Notes: generated by a model from the sequence alone, not told the origin. Counted from the stretch's first letter, positions 1 to 13,678 are shown. The stretch: DNA of 64,000 nt from Octopus vulgaris (GCA_951406725.2 OX597816.1:97898001-97962000), one strand, 5' to 3'. Program-made: numbers and translations.

Positions 1-100
1 GGGTCGATGAAATAGGGATCAGTTGAGTACTGTGATCGATATAATCGGTTTATCCCCCACCCTGAAAACTTTTGGCCTTTTGCCAATATTTGAAAGCATT
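1..100 (+). mobile_element. 3' part of an abundant SINE-like repeat (family A)
   Basis: gggtcgatgaaatag...gatcgatataatcg...ccccc...ttggccttttgccaatatttgaaa matches the 3' halves of copies at 27.3, 37.9, 43.6 and 53.1 kb. Confidence 0.7.
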
Positions 101-964
101 ATTAATGTGGATCATGCAGGCATAAAACAATGGAGGGATTTCTGTTTATCATTATGATTCCTTTCATGTAGATACAAAAGACCCACTTTCAGTAGGTGTG
201 TCAGATAAGTGGCTTCACACAATATAACTAATGGCATGGATATAATCGGGATCTACCCGCCTCCTTAGACCACGCCACTCTCTTTCAAGTGGGCTTAAAT
301 TAATTTTTGTTATCTAGAATCAATGTCTGTACACAAAAATGCTGAGTGACTGCTAATTTTGTTTTACGATCTGGATTATTTATTCTTTAAAAACAATCCA
401 TAAAGCGTAGAATCAAGTTAGATAGCATCGGATGTCTGGACTCTTCTACGAGGCGACTGTGTTATTTGCTCCTACTTATTTGGATTGTGAGAAGGAAACT
501 AAATAAAGATGCTATAACGAATGAGAATTTTCTTCTAAAATAATTGTAATAAACATTGGTAATATTGTAAGTACATAGCTGCTTCCTTCATATGAGTGGC
601 ATGGGCTTGGTTAATAGATAGTATAATCAAGGATCTAATTTCTTTGAAATGGTTGGAGACAGATTCACATACAAAAATGTTTCATTAGTCTGAATCAAAT
701 GGTTCCTTTTGGAATGTTCAGATACGATTAAAATGGGTAAGATCGTCGTAGGTGTTGTGGATCCTCGGTTGGGGACGTAGCGATTTCTTCTAATGCTGAA
801 TTCAATGGGGAAATGCATGCTGAGGCGCATCTTTTGGGATTGAGCCGCAGAACATGTAACATTCTTTTAATGCTGGTTAAGGTTTTGGGTGTAACAGTGA
901 TAGTAATAATCCTCTCTACAATAGGCACAACGCCTGAAAATTATGAGGAGAGGTTAAGTCAATT

Positions 965-1118
965 GCATCAACTCCAGTACTCAACTGATAGCTAATCTAT
1001 CAACCCCGAAAGGATGTAAGGCAAAATCGACCTTGGTGGAACTTGAACTCAGAAGGTAGCAACGGGAGAAATACCGCTAAGCATTTCGCCCGGCGTGCTA
1101 ACGATTCTGCCAGCTCGC
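965..1118 (-). mobile_element. SINE-like repeat family A
   Basis: Reverse strand reads gcgagctggcagaatcgttagcacgccgggcgaaatgcttagcgg...gagttcaagttcc (B-box-like)...ggtcgattttgcc...cctttcgggg; homologous to at least five other copies in the window. Confidence 0.8.
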
Positions 1119-2505
1119 GGCTTTCTTCGGTGATAGTAATAATGCTAGATGATGATGATGACGGTGGTGGTAGTGCTGTTCTGTTGTTACCGGGATCGAT
1201 GATGTGGTTAACGAGCAGAGACAGAGTGCAGCGTCATTTGTAGTACGAACAGTTCTAAATAGAGGTTCCTGTTTCTGCTGTTTATGTTGTGGTTCATCAT
1301 TTTGCTGCCGCTACTGCTTCACTGAAGCGGAACATAATTCAAATACTTTATATTTTTAACCCTGGATTTTACTTTGTTTGTTTTTCGTTTTTTAAATATG
1401 ATGTGGCAAAATCTTTATTTTGTTTCCATTTGTATTGCTAGTCGATTATTAAATACAGGGGCATTTTTCTCGCAATGTCATTGAAATATGGCTCATGTGT
1501 GTCCCTAGACTGATAGAGGTCTAACCAGGCGTTGACCAAACTATTAATTTCATTTTGTATCCTGCTATGTTTATGATAGAAATGGGAGTTGTTTTAGATG
1601 GAGTGTAACTAGGTCGTAATATTCGTGAAATACACTTTTTCTATTATTTAATTCTTTATATTTATATTTATGTTTTTTTTCTTCTTATTAATCCTTTGAG
1701 CGAGATTTAGTTTCGTTTTATGACAAAAATTCACGAGTGAATTTTGCTTGTTAAGGATTGTTTTGTTCAATATTTCTTTGCGCAAGAGTAAACATGAACG
1801 CATTTTTGGGATTATACTGAAATGCGGTAGCTACCGTTTTGCTTGCTGTCACATTAGAAATTAAAATGTTTTAGCGTCATCAAGCGATGAGTATGACAAT
1901 ATTAAGGTCGTAAATTGTTATCACAGTTACAATACATTCAATGCTTCCGTTTACGCAATTTCATGTTGAATTCTTATTACCAGAAATAACCTCTCTCTAA
2001 AATAGTCTTATTGCATATCTTTTTCAATGACGTACAAGCAAATTACTGTTATTGGGTCTGTGTAAGAGTAGTTTAGCTTAAGTTTTATCTCTCATCGTAA
2101 CATCATATTCACAACTCACAAAATCATGTATTATATTCAGATTTAAAAGAAATATGTTCCTCTGGCCCTTAACGTGACTACCAGCTACATGTAATCCGAG
2201 CCTAATGGAACTCTGCATTCAGGCGGGTTAGTGTTATTAGTATTGTTACTAACATATTTCTATCTGGTCGTTCCGAATTAACTTTGAGAGAAGCATGGCC
2301 TCATATATCCAGAGTATGCTTTTCTGTTTCCTTCTATATAGTGAGGCGTGCGAAGTTTTGAAAATTTGCATAACAGGAAATGTGATGACATTTGTAGCTT
2401 TCAAGATATGTCATTGCAGTCATTGTAAAGCATTCATGATTCGAAATCCGTGATTGTATAAAGTTTGTGCAACATTTATGTAATTATTACAGCGTGTTTT
2501 GGAGC

Positions 2506-2555
<50 letters not shown>

Positions 2556-2575
2556 TAATAATAATAATAATAATA
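2506..2575. repeat. (AAT)n microsatellite
   Basis: Direct inspection. Confidence 0.95.
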
Positions 2576-3208
2576 TCAACGTATATCGTTATGATAATAA
2601 TTATTTCGATTATTTGTCTCGTATTTCACATAGTAAACTATCCCGAGGTCAGAGCATGCATCGTACTACACTTGATGCTGTAGTGAAAGGGTGAAGTCCA
2701 CTACTGATCCAGATCTCTGTTACATGTCGTGCAGATGATAAAATGAAGAACCAATAAAGTAGTGCAGTCGATGAAATCAGCAGCCACTTCCCTCAAAAGT
2801 TGCTGTCGTTGATCATTGCAACAGATTGGCGAAATTTTCAGGGGCAATGCTGTAAACTCGCTCAGTTATACACAAGGGAAAACAGGGCCTTATGAGTCCC
2901 AGGGTAGAAAAAAAGCAATAGAAATCATGTTATATTTTATTGTATTATATATACATTTCCATCTGCCTTCCTCTTCTTCAAGTTTACGAAGTCCGCCGTG
3001 AACTTTGTTCTGTTTTATTTACAAAATGATATTTCCAAACCTCCAGCTTAATACGGTGATTCTTTTATCGCCCCACCCCAACAAACAAACAAGAAAAGAC
3101 ATGTAACCCTGCAACTGGAGACAGATAACCTACTTTATTGAAAGAACTAAAACGCATGTTATTCATTTTTACATACTGATTGCATATATGAGACCTAAAT
3201 AATATTAA

Positions 3209-3587
3209 TAGTTAGTTAGTTAGTTAGTTAATTTGGCTCAAAAGCAAATAGCAAGGCCATGTAGGGGGACATGGAGTTAAGTACAGGGTGGTGTTCATGT
3301 AAAGAGTTCAGGCCACTTGATGTCCAGGGAGGCTTTGAACAAAGCGGTCGTCGGCATCTTTACCATCTCGTCTGGCAGCTTGTTCCACGGATCCGCAACC
3401 CGGACGGAGAAAGCTCCTCTCCTTCGATTGAGATGAAATCGTCGCAGGTAGAGCTTTTCGGAATGACCCCGCAGCCGACGCTCTGGAGCAGGAGTGAAGA
3501 ACAGCTCTCTCGAGAGGTTACACTTTCCGCTTATGATGTTGTGGGCGAGAATGAGATCACCACGGCGGCGGCGTTTTTCAAGAGAAT
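3209..3587 (-). mobile_element. 5'-truncated CR1-clade LINE 3' end (ORF2 C-terminus, short 3' UTR, (TAAC)n tail)
   Basis: Minus-strand translation SLEKRRRRGDLILAHNII...RLRGHSEKLYLRRFHLNRRRGAFSVRVADPWNKLP...FKASLD* (stop at 3295-3297) fits the CR1 ORF2 C-terminal pattern; tail seen as (AGTT)n at 3209-3231. Confidence 0.9.
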
Positions 3588-3974
3588 AATAGATTTGTAC
3601 AATGTTTGATAAATTTGCATGTCAATGTATCATTAAGCTGTGCTTATTCGTCGGGCAAATAATTAGAAGACATTTGAAGTTTTTAATTCACAATTTTAGT
3701 AATGTTCAGTACTCCCCGAAAAACAGTTGGTGAACCACACGGCATGTACCATGATATATTTCAATTGAAATTTGTAAAATCAATTGGTTTGTGAAAAAAA
3801 AAAAAAAAAGGAATACATAGAAATATAAAAATGAAATGATAGGCATTCACACATTATTTTAAACCATATCATTATAACATTGTTTTAATTGGCACTAAAT
3901 GAATTATCAATGTAGATTATGCATAGCATTTATGCCGAATTTATCTAAGATGTTCCGTTTATGTATTTGTTTTG

Positions 3975-4205
3975 TAAGATTCCTGATGAGATATCTTGAG
4001 CTGAAACAGATATTGTCATAGTTGTGGATAGTCAAAGTTTTGGCCAATTAACCACACGCACAAAAGGTACTAAAATGAAAATAAAAATAAAGCTGAAATG
4101 AAAACCGAGTAGATAGTGTGTGTGGTTAATTGGCAAAACATATGTCCATCCACTAATATAACGCTAATATAATATGGTCTTTCCGTCAGTGAGACTCATC
4201 ATATG
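3975..4205. mobile_element. Degenerate inverted-repeat PLE-end relic with two decayed hammerhead-like cores
   Basis: Imperfect inverted arms 4019-4061 / 4116-4155; CTGATGA..GAAAC..GTC at 3983-4017 (+) and TGATGA GTC tcact GAC g GAAA at 4172-4205 (-). Confidence 0.4.
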
Positions 4206-4984
4206 CTTACTGTCAATTTTTATGAGACAATATACTTTGTGATTATTTGCAACTCAGTCGAAAAAGAACATTGCTGATAATATGCCTCATTTCAATTACA
4301 GGGATTTTGCATATAATAAAACACTACATCGATAAATCCTTTTCATGTTAATGGGTAATGAAGGCCGTAGTAATATATGCAGTTACTCGCCGAAGGAGAG
4401 TTTTCAATTATGGACCGACAGGGATCAAGGCAATGCTATGACAGGAATGCTCCACGAAGGCAGTATTTTGTTTGTGTCAGAGATTCTCGCTGAAGCGTGA
4501 ATAGAAAAATTTAGAGTTGGTGATTATATATAGTGCAAAAAACTCGAAGGTACGCATATGATGTCTCCTGCACGTATTCTAGGAGTTGTATATATTGACT
4601 GATAATACCAGGGCTATACGAGACAGTCATGCATATTTTATGGTATATCGTATTTATTGCTCACACACCAGGGGAGCAAATGACATACAAATACTTTCTG
4701 GTTTTCCCTGGCATGTACCCCAAGATAATCCAACTAATATAGCACGAAATGTGAATATGATTTAACAGTTCGCTTGGGGAGGAACCTAACTTTTTGCCAA
4801 TTATTACATGATTACGCACACTTTGGTATTATTATTATTATTAATCGACATGATTCCCATACAATTTGCAAAAAATGCTATATGTGTGTGTGTGTTTATA
4901 TAAATGTCAACTTGTTTAGCCTTATATGTCTATGTGTGTATAAATGCATCAGTATGTGGCAAAGTAATTTATTTTACTAAGCCC

Positions 4985-4988
<4 letters not shown>

Positions 4989-5058
<70 letters not shown>
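4989..5058. repeat. (TA)n microsatellite
   Basis: Direct inspection. Confidence 0.95.
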
Positions 5059-5062
5059 AATA

Positions 5063-5293
5063 TAATATAATTCGAGACAAAACCACTATTTTAAAACCAA
5101 ACAAGGAAAGACTTAATCAATACATAAAATATATTAAAATTTTATGTATTGATTAAGTCTTTCCTTGTTTGGTTTTAAAATAGTGGTTTTATCTCGAATT
5201 ATATTAAATAATATTTTACTATAAACTTGGATTTAACCCTAAATCTGATTTTTTCCCTGTAATTTTGGATTCATTCCCTAATATTTATTATTA

Positions 5294-5296
<3 letters not shown>
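5063..5296 (+). mobile_element. Short fold-back insertion (68-bp arms plus ~90-bp tail) between (TA)n tracts; probable PLE 3'-end relic
   Basis: Arms 5063-5130 and 5139-5206 with one mismatch, 8-nt loop, unpaired tail to ~5296, (TA)n on both sides. Confidence 0.6.
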
Positions 5297-5339
<43 letters not shown>

Positions 5340-5674
5340 TGACATACACGGACGCACACACATTCTCTCTCTCACACACACACACATTATGTTCTGTACT
5401 TCTGTTTAAGTATGTATGTATTTATGTATGTTTGTATGTGTATAGTTCTGTATGTGGATGTGCACGAGTGTGTATTATGGAAAATCTTACAATCCAGCAA
5501 TTAACTGAAAAAGCAGCCACAACGTTGCATATGAGTATAAATTATTAGATTATTAGAAGGGGTATTTGTAAATGACTTCGAAAATACTTTAGTGACCCGT
5601 AACAAGACGGAACCAATGAGACAATGGAAAAGGGAAACATTGAAATATCTTACGCTATTTTCGTTATATATATA

Positions 5675-6586
5675 CACATGCATGACAGAAGTAAATAGGC
5701 ACATATTTTTTGTTCGTGTTTGGAGCACCACCTTTATAATCATTAAAATCTATTTAAATTTGAAATTATACATTCAGATTATTATTTTTTAATTGTTATA
5801 ATGTGAATATTTAATATTTAGTAGACATGCCCTCTGCATTTTCAATGTAAGGACGCTATTAAGCATGTTACTGATCATATTACGAATATTCTCTTTGAAG
5901 ATCCCAAACCACCATAGAGTATCTGACATGTTTCATTGTTGGCTGCAGTCTTTTCACATCAAACCGTTGATCACCGAGTCTCCAGAACCACACTCCACCA
6001 CTAGCAGAAAATACAGTAAATTTGGACTCATCAGAGAATATGAGTGTCCATAATTCTGGTGGCTTCTCCACCATCTCACTGGTTCAATCGTTTCAGCGCT
6101 TGATGTTGGCCTGTCGAAGAAGTGGCTTTCTTCTTGCAGTTCTGCCATAGTATCCAACTTTGTGGAGATACCTAAGAGCTGTTCCGGGACTGACATGAAC
6201 TTGTTCTGCTATGTCCAAAGTCTTGCAACAAAGATGATTCTCCACACTCCTCTTAACAAAGAGAAGGGTCCTACCAGAGGGCTCTGGTTCATCTGAGTGA
6301 GGTGATGTGGTCTCCTTCTCCTCTCTGGTGACTTATTAAATATAGAGAGTGGTATCTCAAGGTTTTCTGCAATTTTACGCAATGCAGTTTCATAATGACC
6401 CACAATACGGCCTCGTTGAAGTTTAGACAGTTTTATGTCTTGTTTTGTACATGGTATGATGAAATAGTCACATATAGGACGGGAAATATAAGAATTTCAA
6501 GTAATAAAAAATATAAACCTTTACCAGTTAGAATAAATATAAAACTATGTTTTATGGGGCGTCTATTTACGTCTGTCAGGTGTGTG
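5675..6586 (-). mobile_element. Internally deleted Tc1-family DNA transposon
   Basis: Imperfect TIRs cacatgcatgacagaagtaaataggcac (5675-) vs reverse complement cacacacctgacagacgtaaatagacgc (-6586); transposase motif WTLIFSDESKF...VWFWR...RLQPTMKH...SMVVW in 5880-6074. Confidence 0.8.
5880..6403 (-). pseudogene. Tc1 transposase pseudogene (HTH region and first catalytic D, frameshifted)
   Basis: FSDESKF and PTMKH..SMVVW motifs; N-terminal LRKIAENLEIPLS HTH-like piece. Confidence 0.8.
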
Positions 6587-6591
6587 CGTGA

Positions 6592-6914
<323 letters not shown>

Positions 6915-8218
6915 AAGGGAAAGGAAATTCAGAAAAAATGGATGCAGAAATAATTTATTTGCATGTCATAAAATGATGAAAATTTCTTTTAAAAATGCAC
7001 AACAGTTCGATAAAAACTAAACTAAAAGAACCTACATATATATGGTTCAGTCCTATCACCTACTTGATCAGAAGTTCTATGTATTTGGTCAAATGCTAGG
7101 AAAAGTAGTATATTCAATTATATGGGGTAGGATTTTTCAGGGTTAATTATTAGCCCAGGGAACGAAACTTAGGTTACACACAAACAAACATCGTATTACG
7201 AGTTTCAGGTCAGTGTAGGGCTATATTGTATTGTACTTTAAACAAAATCACGATACTTATAAAGAGGTTTATCGCATGATCCAAAAGGTGCATATGTTCA
7301 ATAAAAAGGACAATCGTATAGAATATCAAACCCGGTTCATTCAGTTTCTTTACGTTCCGAATTTAAATACCACTGAGGTCCTCTTAGCATTTCATCTGCT
7401 CTTGCTCGTTAAATTGATGAATTGTCCAAGATACATGACAGGTGGTAAGTTTAGTATTTCTGATAGAATAGTTTGCGACATGATCCCATTCACACTTTAT
7501 ATCCTCCCATGAAAATCCTTTTAGACTGTTTTGCCGTTTGCTTTTCTTTTGGCGAAATACAACTCTAAATTTGATTGCGTGGGTTATCTCTATTCTTGGT
7601 AAGAATTAGATCGGTAATGTCCCTAATGAGAGAATCTAATGCTGTATTGTATTAGTATAAAGGTTATTATGAATAGAATTATCATATATAATACTGTCTA
7701 CCATTTTTTCCAGCCAACGCGAAATAGTTTAATTTGATTTGCTTGAAAAACTGCTGCATTTGTATATATGTAGGTCATGTGTGTGTGCATGTAAGCGTGC
7801 TTGTGCATTTCATGTGTGTGTGATTTTGTGCGTATACATATATATATAAATACATACACGCGCCCTCACTCACATATGTACGTATATATTCGGATGAATA
7901 TTTTTGAATATCTGTATGTTCATATACATTCGTGGAAAAATTTTTATGTCTACTTGAAACCAACTGACTGAAACTAAATGTTTCCACACTTGTTACAGTC
8001 ACATCACTTGAAACAAAAGCCTGAAAAATGAGTGAAAACATTTGCGTCAATCCCTCGGGTTTCATGCGTTGAAATGTTGAAACTTAATTATGTCTAGTCT
8101 ATTGGCAACGGTTATTAGTTTTTCTCATACATAATGTATATAAACAAAGAAAGATATATATGTACGTATGTAAGTATGTATGTATGTATGAATGCATATA
8201 TATATGCATATATATGTA

Positions 8219-8286
<68 letters not shown>

Positions 8287-8288
<2 letters not shown>

Positions 8289-9046
8289 TGAATGAATTAT
8301 CCTATGTTTATCGTCAGCATGGAAAATTCATTTAACCGAAACCTGGGTAGCAAATTCACGTCAGAAACACGGTTGAAGCGACCTGTCCAAGGGTAGTAAT
8401 TCCGGGTTCATGTGCAGAAATTTGTGTGTTGTATATGAATAAATGAAAGAATGGAGTCGAACGAAGATGTTAACAAAATTCCTTTACTCTCGACATATGT
8501 TTCGAAGACAACATGGTTTCATTCTAAAGGAATAAAGGGTGCATTATGCAATCTTCTCATCAGTAAAGAAAGGGAGCCTCTCTCGACAACAAGACAAACA
8601 AAAATTTCGATGACTGCCTACATGGTAAACAAAGCGATAATGAGTTTTTTTAAAAAAAAAAACGTTAGAAGAATTGACGTCAAAGATAGATAGTAGGAAG
8701 AGAAGGGTTAAAGGAATAATACATAGGGAACAAGTGGAGAGGGAAGGGTACATTGATTGAAAGAATGTTCGAAGGCTTAGGAAAGAATTTCGCTATTGAA
8801 GTGGGGTGGACGTTAAGTTAATTGTTCAAACCACAGTGACTATCGTTATCATTTATATGAGTAGAAATGTAAACACTGGCAGAGACATACTTTCTACTCA
8901 TATAAATGATAACAATAGTCACTGTGGTTTGAACTATTACCTTAACGTTCACCCCACTTCAAAAGCGAAATTCTTTCCTAAGCCTTCGAAAATTCTTTCA
9001 ATCAACGTACCCTTCCCTCTCCACTTGTTCCCTACCTATTATTCCT
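8287..9046 (-). mobile_element. PLE pseudo-LTR relic with hammerhead motif and ~156-bp fold-back
   Basis: Abuts (TA)n ending at 8286; HHR core on the minus strand at 8479-8570; inverted arms 8712-8867 / 8891-9046. Confidence 0.65.
8479..8570 (-). ncRNA. Minimal type I hammerhead ribozyme motif (degenerate stem I)
   Basis: Minus strand: ttcttta CTGATGA GAAGA [loop] TCTTC GAAA CATATG TC gagagtaaaggaa; stem II GAAGA/TCTTC, palindromic stem III, GUC site. Confidence 0.7.
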
Positions 9047-10762
9047 ACTAAAGCAGGTAACAAGAACGGCTCTTCTTGTTAGGAAGTTTATAACTTTATA
9101 ACAACTTCAATAAGAAAGAAAATGATGTTTTATTGTACCAAGTTCATCATCTTCAATCGACAAAATTCATCTAATTGAAAATAAAGAGAAAATATTAATG
9201 AATTTATTTGGTTAGTTTCTGAACGTCGTGTGCTAAACCATGTACATATTAAATGAATTAAATTTAAGCTGTGTAGGATACGAGCATAAATATCTTAACT
9301 TTTTGAGGAAGGAAATGCAACAATAAAAAATGTTAATGCAGCCAATACTAAGGTGAAATTTTAATTCCCTGAGGTATTGTCTAGTCTTTTAGAAAACCAT
9401 TGTGTCATAAATATATAATTAAAAGTACTTCCCAACGTCAATACGAGAACACATATAGGGTTAATGTAAATTTAAATGATAATATCTCTCAAACAAATAA
9501 TCATGAAAAAAAAATAAAATAAAGAATGTAACGTTTAAATAATTGGAAGTGGACTCTTGAAATTAGATCTAATGTGACAATTGAAATGAAAAAAAAATTA
9601 GAATATTACGCTCTCAACTTCGGCTTCAACGTAATTTAGATAAATATCCAATCTGTTTTGATTACCTATTCTAACAACACGTAAGTGCAAAGCTCGCTTT
9701 TTCACACTGAATTTCTTTGAAGGTTTTCTTGCAGACTACAAGCAAGGTTTGAAAAAGAATATAACTTCTTGATGATTCACATGAAAATGAATTATTACCT
9801 CTTGCATCAGTTTTGCATTATTTATTGTCTTCATTTTTGTTTCATAAATGGTTTTTATTTTTGGTGGGAAATTATATATTGTAATTTGCATTATTGTTCA
9901 ATAAACTGAAATTAATTACTTTCATTAATTTGGTCAGATTATTCTTCGACACAATAAAGCAGAATTAAATTTTATCCTGATCGCAAGTATAAAAAAATCT
10001 TTCTTATTTTAAGATACTTGTGTGCGATTGTTATGTGATCCACTACTTGTCGTAAACAAAAGATATCATTATTAGTCTTATTGTTTGTAAACCAAAGAAC
10101 TTTATTACATGCATTAACTTGAGCCTTGAAATTAAACATAAAATTACAAAACGACCTGTGTGACCAAAGTGAGAGGATAAAGCTGTTAAACAGCATTTAT
10201 TTCGATACAGTAACACCGAAGCTAATTCCATGTTTGCATACGAAATATTTGATCTTGAAAATAAACGTTTTACCGTATTATTCAGTTTCCACTCTCATTT
10301 TATTCTATGTGTATTTCGATTCTAATCCCCATTTCCTTAGCTTAAAGGAAAATCATATTCCCTGAAAATGTGAAATTGATTCACTGGTTTCCGAATTTAT
10401 GGAGACACATAAAAATATATTTTATTTAATGCAAATTTCTCGAAGCAATAATGAAGCAAATATATGTAATATACCTCTGTAGAAAGTCAGACATTTGCAG
10501 ACAGATTATTTAAAATCCGATCCGCAACATCTGTAGAAATTGGGACCATAAATATAAATGAGTATAACTATATATTGACCAGGATACTTTCCTTGGCTCA
10601 GCCCAGTTTCTCTTATCCAGTCTAATATTCAATGCTATTAACATTGTCCACGGAAACAGTTTTGCCTTTAATTACCAAAAGTCAATGTGTCTGTTCACTT
10701 CCGTGTTCTGTTACTGGTCTCAAGTTGCTTATTGTTGTAGCTGTTATACTCACTGTTTGCCT

Positions 10763-11000
10763 GTCATCATCATCATCATCATCATCCTCACGCCATCGTC
10801 GATGTCGTCGTCGTCATCATCATCATCTTTTTCCCCTCTTCCTCCTTCTTGTTCTCGTCCTTTTTCTCCTCTTCCTTCGCTTCTTCTTCTTCTTCTTCTT
10901 CTTCTTCTTCTTCTTCTTCTTCTCCTTCTTCTTCCTCCTCCTATTTCTCCTTCTCCCCCTCTCACTCCTTGTTCGCCTCTCCCTGCTCTTCTGCTTCTTC
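10763..11000. repeat. (CAT)n/(TTC)n low-complexity tract
   Basis: Direct inspection. Confidence 0.9.
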
Positions 11001-11976
11001 TTTGACTTCTCTTATATTTTTGATGTTTTAATAATGTTTTTGGATCATTTTATTTTCATCCTCATTTTGTATTTCATTTTACAAATGGTGTTATATTTGT
11101 TTCTTTTGCTAAATATTTTTTTGTTTTATCATGCGTTTCACCATTGTCATCCACTTTCCTCGAACACGTCATGTGTTTTTGATAACCAGCAATTTTATAA
11201 TGTGCTTATGTGAAAACTCCTTCAATTACAGAAATCTTCATGCTTAAGCCTTGATTGTTGAATTATTGCTACACAACATACAAATGAGTAATCTCTTGAT
11301 CCCAATAGAGCCGAAACAAAAGTAGATTCTCTTAAAATTTGAATAGTAGTTTTACGTGCAATTATAACTTAAAGTAAAACAGGATTGTAGATTTAGAATT
11401 ATTTTAATCTATTTTTATGCATAATGGCTTGTTATAAATTAGTTTTTTCATTGGTCGTTTGGTCGAATTTAAACTATGTTATATGTGTGATTGTTCGTGA
11501 ACGTGTGTGTACACACAAACACATGTATAGATACATGTATGAATACATATCTATATATACACAAATAAAAAAATGCACACACACATACATATACATACAC
11601 ACATATATATGTATGTATCTATACACACACATACACACACACGCAAACACACACACGTACACACACTCACATATATATATACACACAGGGACGATAAAAC
11701 TTGTATCAGCGCATTAACAAAGAGTAATATTTTACCACAAATATAAACCCCTTTCGAATGCGTCCACCATGAATGACACTACTAAAAGGGCCTTATAATA
11801 ATACCCACGCAAATATTATAAACGATATATTCAGAAGAATTACTACTCATGAATTGATTGAGAGCAATTCCAGTCACTACTATTACAACCGCAACAGGTC
11901 ACTTTGTCTATTGACCATATTAGGGAATTCCACCAACGTCCTACCACTGTCATACCATTCCCATTTTCTTCGTATT

Positions 11977-12170
11977 CCTTCTCTTCTTTTCTTCTTCTTC
12001 TTCTTCTTCTTCTTCTTCTTCTTCTCCTTCTTCGTCTTCTACTTCTTCTTCTTCTTCTTCTTCACCGTCTTCTTCTTCTTCTTCTTCTTCTTCTTTTTCT
12101 TCTTCTTCTCCTCTCCTCATCTTCCTCCTCCTCCTTCTTCTTCGCCCACTTCGCCTTCTTCCTCGGCTAC
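11977..12170. repeat. (TTC)n low-complexity tract
   Basis: Direct inspection. Confidence 0.9.
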
Positions 12171-12508
12171 TGCTGCTTAAAAACTCAAAACCAAGAACTC
12201 ATATCTACTATTCTTTTAAGACTGTGACTACCTACTACCAAGCCTTCACAAGAGTAAAGGAGAGAAAGAAAAAGAGAGTGAGAGAGAGAAAGAGAGAGAG
12301 AGGCAGACAGATAGAAAAAAGGAAAATATCCCTTGTATTTGAAAATTATGCAAATACTTTTTTAAAATATTTCATTTAATCTTTCCACAATTTAATTGCT
12401 TTCCATGCTTTACTATAAGTTTAAAAAATAGCAAAGACTGAAAACGGTTTCTAAAATGTTCTTCATAATAAAGTAATTTAAACATTTTCTATTTTGTTCT
12501 ATTTTCCT

Positions 12509-12523
12509 TACACACACACACAC

Positions 12524-12592
<69 letters not shown>

Positions 12593-12596
12593 TATA
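12509..12596. repeat. (CA)n microsatellite
   Basis: Direct inspection. Confidence 0.95.
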
Positions 12597-12780
12597 TAGG
12601 TTGATAGATATAGATATGTAAGAAATATAAGACAAAGTAGACAATGTTTAAATTATTTTATTATGAAGAACATTTTAGTACCGTTTTCAGTCTTTGCGAC
12701 TTTTAATTAAACTGCTCGTGCATATATATGTATGTATACGTTCGTATATGTAAGTATATCGTGCGTTGTGTATATATATA

Positions 12781-12882
<102 letters not shown>

Positions 12883-12908
12883 TGTATGTATGTATGTATA
12901 TATGTATG

Positions 12909-13228
12909 TTTTTATGTACTATCCGAGTATATTCCACTGATGAAATCAGAGCATTTTCTACGCAGAGCCAGAAATTCGGGATCTGGAATTATCCAGTAAT
13001 TTGTTTGCTAGTTTGTTTTGTCGGTCTCCTCTCCAGGTGCTGTATGAACATTTAATGTGATTTTAGAGTCAGGTTTTGACTGCTTTTTCCAGCGTGGTGG
13101 TATCTCATAGATACCCTAAATTATAATGTTAACAATAATTATTACGTTTGAAGATTTTTATTCTCGTGTTGTCCACCTGATAAGATCGGTATTTAAATAT
13201 CCATCTTATCCTTATTTATATAAATTTA
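12909..13228 (+). mobile_element. Probable PLE pseudo-LTR relic between TA/TATG microsatellites
   Basis: ~320-bp unique island flanked by microsatellites and containing an HHR motif near its 5' end. Confidence 0.55.
12932..12988 (+). ncRNA. Minimal type I hammerhead ribozyme motif (stem II decayed)
   Basis: TTCCA CTGATGA ...27 nt... GAAA TTCGGGA TC TGGAA; stem I TTCCA/TGGAA, near-palindromic stem III, AUC site. Confidence 0.65.
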
Positions 13229-13240
13229 GGTATATATGTG

Positions 13241-13296
<56 letters not shown>

Positions 13297-13299
13297 ACC

Positions 13300-13333
<34 letters not shown>

Positions 13334-13638
13334 GAGGTTGTGAGCTCGAATCCCGGACCGGGCTGCGTGTTGTGTTCTTGAGCAAGGCACTTTATTTCAC
13401 GTTGCTCCAGTTCACTCAGCTGTAGAAATGAGTTGCGACGTCACTGGTGCCAAGCTGTATCGACCTTTGTCTTTCCCTTGGATAACACTGGTGGTGTGGA
13501 GAGGGGAGGCTGGTATGCATGGGCGACTGCTGGTCTTCCATAAACAACCTTGCCCGGACTTGTGTCTAGGAGGGTAACTTTCCAGGTGCAATCCCATGGT
13601 CATTCATGACCGAAGGGGGTCTTTACCTTACCCTTTAC
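13334..13638 (+). mobile_element. tRNA-derived SINE (family B), 5' end clipped
   Basis: B-box-like gagctcgaatccc, central gttgtgttcttgagcaaggcactt domain, 3' half shared with 45490-45680, (ccttta)-like tail. Confidence 0.8.
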
Positions 13639-13678
13639 AACCATATATATGTATATATATTAATTTATTTATATATTA

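Noticed and set aside
600-965. Possible decayed PLE or CR1 coding fragments (e.g. NYEERLSQL)
   Set aside because: Too degenerate to assign by eye
3271-3609. 112-aa plus-strand ORF
   Set aside because: Antisense shadow of the CR1 ORF2 C-terminus
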